A DNA stretch of 64,000 bases, taken from the NCBI GenBank assembly GCA_051294375.1, contig CM119270.1:10560766-10624765 (forward strand), given 5' to 3'. Shown here piece after piece: positions 55,644 through 64,000 of the stretch; positions within the stretch are counted from its first letter, which is position 1; each line of letters opens with the position of its first letter. The position numbers and the translations under genes were made by a program. Source of the stretch: Paraspadella gotoi (taxonomy: Eukaryota; Animalia; Chaetognatha). Below the pieces are notes generated by a model that worked only from the letters and a program-made list of their open reading frames with translations, had not been told where the DNA came from and searched no databases.

Positions 55644-56369
55644 GCCGATTTGATTCCAAATTGTCCAATTTGTCGACTAAAATCGCATTTCCCCCTTTTA
55701 CGATTCAGACTCGATACTTTCTCGTCGTCCCCCCCCCGCCTCCATCCATCCTCTCTTCCCCACCCCATCTCCTACTTCAACCCGCTCCCACTCGCCACTA
55801 TCCTCTTGCTCGGGGCGGCCGTTTTCTCCTCGCGCGGTTTTCCGTCTTTTCCCGCTATTAGCGAACTTAACGTTCGAAAACGTTGAACGGCCCATTCCCT
55901 CGTTTCGACTTAAAATTAACACCTTTTTTTCCCCTTTTTTTATGTATTTTCTTTTACATTTCCCTCCCTTCTTTTTTCCTTTTGTTGTTGTTGGTTATTC
56001 CGCCTTCGGTTCTTTTCCGTTTTCTTCTTTTTTCTCCTCTTCTTCTATTTTGTTGTTCCTTTTTTTTGTTCTTTAAGACGTCAACGCGTTTGTGGCATTT
56101 GTTCCTTTTACGACGTCGATTAAGAGAGAGAACGGGGAAAGCGAGGGGACGGGGAGAGAGAGGTTTCTGTGGAGGAGGAAGAGGGAGGAAGGTGGCAGAG
56201 AAGATAGGAAACAGGAAATGGGAAAAGGGAGAAGCGATGGAAACAAAATAAGGATGGGAGGATGTAGAAAGAACAAGGATAATAGTAAAATAAATTTAAA
56301 AAGCAAAGACAAAAGAAAAGAGGAGAAAAGATATTCAAAAAGAGCATGAAAGTTATTCATTACACATTC

Positions 56370-56965
56370 TCTTCCCTCTCTCACTTCCTCACTCCTCGTC
56401 CTCTCCCTCTCTCACTTCTTCCCTCATCGTTCTCTCCTTCCCCTCTCTTCCTCTCTCCTAGTTCCTTCACTTTCACTTCCTCACTACTTGTTCTCTCCTC
56501 TCTCATTTCCTCCCTCCTCGTTTTTCTCCCTCTCTCACTTCCTACTCCTCGTTCTCTCCCTCTCTCATTTCCTCCCTCCTCTTTCTCTCCCTCTCTCACT
56601 TCCTCCCTCATCGTTTTCTCCTCTCTCACTTCCCCTCCTCGTTATTTCCCTCTCTCACTTCCTCCCTCCTTGTTCTCTCCCTCTCTCACTTCCTCCCTCC
56701 TCGACTCTCCCTCTTTCCCTCCTCACTTCCTCCCCCTCTTCCTCTCTCACTTCCTCCCTCCTCGTTCTCTCCTTCTCTCACTTCCTCACTCCTCGTTCTT
56801 GCCCTCTCTCACTTCCTCCCTCCTTGTTCTTTCGCTCTTTCACTTCCTCCTCCTCGTTCTCTCCTCTCTCTCAACTTCCTCACATCGCTCGGTTCTCGCC
56901 CTCTCTCACTTCCTCCCTCCTCGTTCTCCCCCTCTTTCACTTCCTCCCTCATCGTTCTCTCCATC
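56370..56965. repeat. Pyrimidine-rich ~29-31-bp minisatellite
   Basis: Tandem ctctctcacttcctccctcctcgttctctcc units. Confidence 0.9.
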
Positions 56966-57936
56966 TCTTCCTCCCACGAAAACGTTATTTTTTCTCCTCT
57001 GCTCCGCATTCAATGAAAATCAAAACTTATTTTCCAACTTTTGGAAATTTTGTTTTCTTTTCGATTAAAAAAAAACGGGGTTGGGCGTTTCTCTTTCCGT
57101 TTCCCTTTTTTTCGCCTTCGTTTTCTGATTGATATATCGTCGCAAACAAATCCACAATCAATTTTTTTCATCAATGACAACAACAACAGCAAGAAAAAAG
57201 AAAGTTCGTTCATGAGCGTCGCGGCGTTTGACTTTCCTTCCTTCACTTACCTTCATCCTTTCCTGATAAAATAACAAGAAGTCTATATACCTCTCGCAAT
57301 ACCTTTATATCGCAATCTCCATACCATATTCAAAAATCGCCGAATCCTAGTATCTGTCAACAAAAGAATTATGACTTTCAAAAATTTTATCCGGTTTTAT
57401 TTTGAGGGAAAAAATAGGCATTGAATAAAAATCATCGGAAAGGCGGGAGGAAGAGGGGGAGAAGAGAGAGGAGAATGAGGAAGAAGGGAGGAAGAGGGGA
57501 GAAGAAAGAGGAGAATGAGGAGGAGTGGAGGAAGAGGAAGTAGTAGAGGGGGAGGAGGTAGAAGAGATAAAGAAATATTAATAGAAAGAGAAGGAAATAT
57601 AGGGAGCATAGAGAAATAAATAAAAGAGGTGAACAAGAATTTAAAGGAATTGAGAAAGAAAATAGGAGATTGTGAGAAGAAAAAAAAGAAAAGTGAAAAT
57701 GAACGATGGGCGGGAAGAGGAAGGGGAGAATGAAGATGAAAGGGAGGAGGAGGATGAGGAGGAGGAGGTTAGGAAAAGCAATAGAGACGAGAAAAGCGAA
57801 TTTAAAAGGAAGAGGAGGAGCTTCCTGGAAAATGTCAAGCAGAAAAGGATGAGGAAGAGGAAAGGAGTAAAAAAGACTCGATTTGAGGAAATGAGGGAAA
57901 CAAGAGACAAAAAAAGTTTTCCCGTCACCGTCATGG

Positions 57937-58037
<101 letters not shown>

Positions 58038-58597
58038 ATTGATTTTTTTTGTCCGCCCCTCTCCCCCCCAAATGAAAAAGCCCGGCGTAAAATGACGTCG
58101 ATTCCGAATTTAGTCTCGTCTTCGTCGATCCACCAAAAATGACTGAGACATAAAAAAAAAGGAAAATCTCTCATCGCTAAAATTTCATTCGTTTTTCTTT
58201 TCTACCGATTTTTGACAAAAACTGGATTTTATTTTGGGCCGGATTTTTTTTATTTTCTCGTCTGCGAATTACGTCGTTAAAGTTCCGCTTTTTTCCCCAA
58301 AATTATCTTTTTTTTTCTGCAGACGCCACCTGAATTCATTCGAACGAAGAAAGAATCAAAAGTTAAAATAAAAAAGAATTCTTTTTGTCCCAATTTGATC
58401 TCAACTTTTGATTCAGACTGAGACCCCGGTTTACTTTAATGAGTTTTTTAAAAATCATGATAAATTTCTCGGAGCTTATTTTAATTGTTTTTGAACTCTT
58501 AATGTTATGAATATGTAAATTTAAAAGACATTTTTATCCACTTTTGAGTAAATTCAGCTGGATTAATTTGTCATCATTTCCTAATTTTTCCTACAAT

Positions 58598-58638
<41 letters not shown>

Positions 58639-59536
58639 CGTATAATGTCACGAGGCTCCATTTAAAAATTAAACTTTTCAATAACGTACCAATATATCGA
58701 GAGGTCCCTAATTATTGTTTGTTGTAAAAATACGGGAAATTGTGAGCTCTCATTGTTAAGTGTTGACTTCAACTCTGGAAAGATCGAATCGAATTTAATG
58801 TTTGGAAAGTTTATAAAAAAAATTGTTAAATCTGATTTTTGCGACTTGGAGAGTCGTTTTCTCCAACTTTGTCGTCGCCAATTTCTTAATCGACATTTCT
58901 TTCTTGAAATTAAAATAATCGAAAACAACCGCGAAAAAAAACTGAATCTGATCCAAAAAAATCGACAACTTAATTTTTTTCTTGCCTTTAAGCTAAAAAA
59001 AATTTCCGTTTCTTGAATTTCTGGTCCAAATTTTAACGATTTTGTTTATTAAAAAAAAAGACTTCGATTGTCGCCAAGAATTTTTTCTTCCTATTTCTTA
59101 TTTCGTGTTTTCGTTTTTCAAATTTTTCGTTACATTTTCTTGAGCAAAAAAAATAATAATAATTACAAAATTCGTGCGACTGGGTTTCTTTTCTATTTTT
59201 CAATTTATTTTTTTTCATTTTTGAAGTTTTTTTTGTTTTGTTTTCTACACAAAAATGAAGAATGTTCTTTCAGCAAACATTCTAGAGAAAAACGTGGAAA
59301 CGATTCTTCGAAGTTAATTCTCTTTATTAACGCACGATCTCCTTCACAGACGTGATATCTCTTCACCAACTCCATTTTTCTCGGACGCGTGGTTCTCATC
59401 TTAAAATCGACTTTTCAAACTTTTCGATCTTATATTCTCTCGAAAGACTACGACATAACAACAGCAACAATCGAGCAAACTCACTAAAAGTAATGAGGTC
59501 ACAACATCTCGAATATTAAAAAAGAGACGATCTCTC

Positions 59537-61062
59537 ATGAAAAAAATGGCGTCCAAACTTGACGAAATCCTGGGCCGATTGAAGCGCCATCAGACGCCCG
59601 TCCTCCTCGGCGCCGCCTCGGCTCATCGAGATCACGAAGACGATGACGACGCCTACGAAGACGACGACGCCGGTTCACCGCGCCGCTTGCATCTTGGCGC
59701 CGGCGCCGACGCCAGACTCACCCGCCTCTCTCCCACGGGATCGTCGTCCGGGGCGGCGTCTGGTGAAGAAGGGAGAGAAGAGGAAGAAGAAGAGGACGAG
59801 GAGGTGAGGGAGGAAGAATCGGACAACAACAACGACACGAAGGAGATCGGATGCGGATCAGATTGTGAAATCAGAGGAGGAGGAGGAGAAGAAGAAGGAG
59901 GAGAAGGAGAAGGAGGAGGAGGAGGAGAAGGAGGAGGAGAAGGAGGAGGGGAGCCGGAAGATCTTAAAAAGCGACAACTTTACTTGCTTAACTCTGAAAA
60001 GCCACAACATCATCTCCATGAACTTCAGCATCGACGGCAGAATGGCCTCGTCGACGAAGTGAATCGGCCTCCGAGAAAAAAAATGAGGAAAACCGGAAAT
60101 CCGATGAAAAACGCTGACGTCACGACGACGACGACGACGACTGTGTCGGACTCGGAAAATGACGAAGCGCCAGCGCCTTCCTCAGCTTTTTTCGCCAACG
60201 GTGATGGCGCGAAAAAGACGTGTTCTTCTCAAGATGATATCGGCTTGGATCTCAGACTGAAGCCTGACGACTCTAGGTTCGGCTCGGCGGCGGTGGCGGC
60301 TGCGTCGGCTGCGTCGGCTACGTCGGTTGCGTCGCTGGCGTTATCCTCAGCAGCCTCGTTCTCACGAAGACCTTCAGTCGTCTCCGAACCTGAACGTTTT
60401 GAGGAAGAAAACGGCGCCATGGATTTGACGATGGGTCAGAGTCGAAGAGAGCGCCGTAAGGAATCGGCGCCACAATCGGCCACGCCCACTTTCGATCCCC
60501 CGCCGAAGTCGGCCACGCCCACTTCCGATTCGCTTCGTCTTTACGCCGAGACAACGATGAGGGATTTCTTAGGAATGTACGGACTCGCAACTGATGGAGG
60601 CCGACCTTCGGACGAGCGGGACGTGGAAGGGGACGAAACGGACATTGACGGACAGACGGTCGAGTGGGAGAGAAACGGGCGGACAGACTCTCCGTTACGA
60701 GAACGGCGTCGGGACAGACAGTTCGCCGGAGCAAAAGCGGACGATCCATTTGACGGGAGAGATCCCTCGGCTTTCCTGCAGAATCTCATTGCAAGAAAGT
60801 TGGTGGAGCAGAGGAGCTGGAGCGCAGAAGGGAACGTAGACATAGAGGTCAGAGGAGCTCTGGGACAAAATTTTCCTATTTTAAAATAATAAGTAAATAG
60901 AACTACGATTGCCATAAGAAATTATGTCAAGTAATGTTTTTTGAATTAACATTGACTTTAATCTATTTTTTTTCCTTTAGCGGAATTCGCCCCCTTTGAA
61001 CCTGACCAGTTTGAAAGACAAAGATGAAAAAGCGAAAAGGGAAGATCCTCTTAGACCTCAAA
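59537..61062 (+). CDS. CASZ1: Castor zinc finger 1-like transcription factor, 5' coding exons (gene continues beyond the window)
   Basis: Exon 59537-60847 (donor gtcaga) and exon 60981-61062 (donor gtaagt) are in phase. LRLYAETTMRDFLGMYG resembles the CASZ1 LRDYAASTMTEFLGMFG motif as I recall it, and KLDEILGRL resembles its N-terminal KLNAICAKL. CtBP-type motifs GLDLR, AMDLT and PLNLT. No zinc fingers fall inside the window. Confidence 0.72.
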
Positions 61063-61488
61063 GTAAGTAACAAAAAAAAAAACAATGTACATATTATATT
61101 AACTATACAAATTTAATTACGAAACGACGATACTTGACTTATGGAAACCAGAATTCAAAAGTTCCTTTCGCATCGTCACTATAGAGACAAAGATATTTGG
61201 GTCAGAGGCGATCAACTCATCCGTCAATCGGCAATCGGCCATTTCAGAATATTTATCCCTAAAAATATTTTGAAAAAGAAATCTGTTTTTGTCTTTGCTT
61301 TTTCTCTTAAATCTCTTCGCCTTTTATAATCGCATCTTCCCCTTTATTGTTCCCCTCCCCTTAAACGAGAAACTGAGACCTCTCGCGACGGGGATCCCAG
61401 AAACGCGGACACGGGAGATGCGCCTCATTGGCTGACATCTGCTCGCTTTCTTGAGCGATTTTCTTTGTAAATCTTTCGTTTTTATCTT

Positions 61489-61525
<37 letters not shown>

Positions 61526-61528
61526 TTT

Positions 61529-61576
<48 letters not shown>

Positions 61577-62610
61577 ACCTTTCCTCCACAAAATGATTGA
61601 TTAGAATATGTTAATTTTCGCTTAACTCCCCCACCCCCAATTGCTTCACCGTGAAAATAGAGAGGAGAGTTGGGGGTCGCTTCATATTTGTGATTAGAGC
61701 AAAATCGGCGGGAGGGAGCGAGAGAGAGAGAAACAGTAGGGAAGATGAGTCGTAAGAAATAATCTTTAAAACAAACGATGAATCAAACGGATTACGGTTT
61801 CTTTTCCGTTTATTGACGTTTTGAGTCGTCGTTTGTCGTCGTCGTCGTCGTCGTCGTCGTCCTCTTCGGCGGAATCGTGAACATTTTCGCTAAATTAGAT
61901 GTGATATTTATTTTTTTTTATTTTAAAGTAGTAAAATAGTTTTCTATCTTCGCTTCCACCACAGTACTCCGTCTCCCAAACTTTATTCTTAGATTCACTC
62001 GATCACCTCATCTTTTTGTTTCCCTCGAAATTTTATTTTTATTCTTTTTTTTTTCTTTCCCCCATTTTTTTTCTCCGAACTTTTTCATTTCGTTTTTTTT
62101 CTTTCATTCAGACAAAAACGATAACAGATGTGAAAATTTTTTAGCGGAAAAAAGTTTTTAGGGAAAGAAAATGAAAAAAAGTAGAATCGACCATCGAAAA
62201 AAAAAAAGAAAAAAGTTAAACTTAAAGAGGGAAAAATGAGTTTTTTTTCTGCGACAGACGAACGGAGGAGAAAAAGGGAGAAAAAGAGAAATGAGCATCA
62301 GGCAAACATGATGATTGGAGTCGGCAAGTGGCAAGCGTTAAAGACTTGGGGCGGATGTGAACAAGGAGGCATATTTGATTTCGTTTTAAGTTCAAAGCGA
62401 CTAAAAAGGCTTTAAATTTGTTAAAATTTCGATCTACAAAATAAAACAATATAATGTGCTAGTTATAAGATTTTTGGCAACGATTAACTCACGTCTCCCC
62501 ATCTCATGTCACCTCACCGCATCTCTATCGTATTTGTGAGATTTTATTCGAGTTCGTTGTAATTCCCTATTTCCGGCGAAAAATTGTTTAAAATTATTTA
62601 GAAGTTATTT

Positions 62611-62752
<142 letters not shown>

Positions 62753-62981
62753 CCTTCATCTCTATTTTTTACAGGGTTTAGAGAGGAAAACACTTTTTTT
62801 CCGTCATCCTCCAGGTTCTCTAAGTCGAGGATCCGTGTCAAATTCGTAATCCGTTGAGTAAAAATAGAGACAGAGTGCGAGATTCGCGGCCCCTGCAGCA
62901 TGCGCAGTGGAATTCTCTGCTGCATTTTGCAGCATTCGTCGTGGTCCCTATCTTTTTTCTCACCTTTGCGATAAAAAATGA

Positions 62982-63021
<40 letters not shown>

Positions 63022-63217
63022 ATTTTCTTCCATTTCTTCTAAGAAGCAAACGTCTTCTTTTTGTGTCATTTTCTCTCTTTCCACTTTTTTTTCTTTTCTT
63101 ATTTTCTTTTTATTTTCTTTCACTAATCCTTTGTTTCCCTGAGTTTGAATCTCGGCTTTCCGACACGGTGGTCTTCGATCGTATTTCTTTTTCACCTATT
63201 CCTTCTTTCTTTAATCT

Positions 63218-63313
<96 letters not shown>

Positions 63314-64000
63314 TCTCTCTCCCTCTCTCCCGCTCTTTTTAACTTTGTCACCAAGGAATTCAAAACGGAGTCTGGTTGCTAAGGAAGTCAGAGGTCGTTG
63401 CTATGGAATTCACGAAGGTGGAATTTGAGATGCAGATTAGAAAAAAAAAAGTCCTCAATGAAAAGATGATTTTGTCTTTTGGTTTCATCCTTCGGATTCC
63501 AACAGACGGTGACGATGAGACGACGACGACGACGACGACGATGACGACGACGACGAAAGAAATGACGATGTTTTCCGTTTTTTTAAAACTCAATAGGGAT
63601 TTGATCTACGTTAAAAAATGATCACATCTGCGTTTAATTATTATTAATTTATAAACATTTTATTTATAAATCATACAAGGCGAGTCAATGTTGTTACAAA
63701 TTGTTATCTTCGCCGTCGTTCCTTTTGTTCGTCATCGTCGTTTTCGTCGTCGTCGTAATCTTTGTCGTCGCTGCCTTTTTTTTGTGAGCAATCGTGGTGT
63801 TTATAAGGAAGGCTGAGATTAAAGGAGGAGGAGGTGAATGAAAGAAGTTATCAGTCTTTTCATGGGAAAAGGTCGTCGTCGTCGTCGTCGTCGTCGTCGT
63901 ATTGAGATCTTTTAATTTGTGGTGAATCTTCTTTATACATGCGTTAAAAAAAGAAAAAAGAAAAAAAAAAACAAAAAAAACCATCGGGCCACAAAATTTG

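Overview
This is animal (eukaryotic) genomic DNA: AT-rich, intron-containing and dense in microsatellites ((AG)n, (GTC)n, (TTTC)n, (GACG)n). Most entries in the ORF track are low-complexity noise. Manual GT-AG splicing recovers four genes with consistent exon phases: LRRC23 (minus strand, 8 exons, 352 aa, one 12.5 kb intron), an 8-exon 641-aa coiled-coil gene loosely resembling C6orf163 (minus), the 5' part of a castor/CASZ1-like transcription factor (plus), and a SUEL-lectin-like gene fragment (plus). There is also an orphan terminal exon. Mobile DNA includes two internally deleted Tc1-family elements, MITEs, DINE-1/HINE-like elements and Penelope-type minimal hammerhead ribozyme relics. The first ~8.6 kb holds three copies of one block, including a 2.1 kb fold-back that is probably an artefact. 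The main discovery is three sequence-unrelated families of 234-285 bp insertions sharing one architecture: TGT...ACA (or ATA) ends, an exact 4-bp target-site duplication, an internal tRNA-like Pol III promoter, and then a circularly permuted (type P5) twister self-cleaving ribozyme. Both twister pseudoknots show compensatory base changes between families, and P1 is always a short palindrome. These look like solo LTRs of Pol III-driven, twister-bearing mini-retrotransposons. All calls were made by eye; no searches or folding programs were run.
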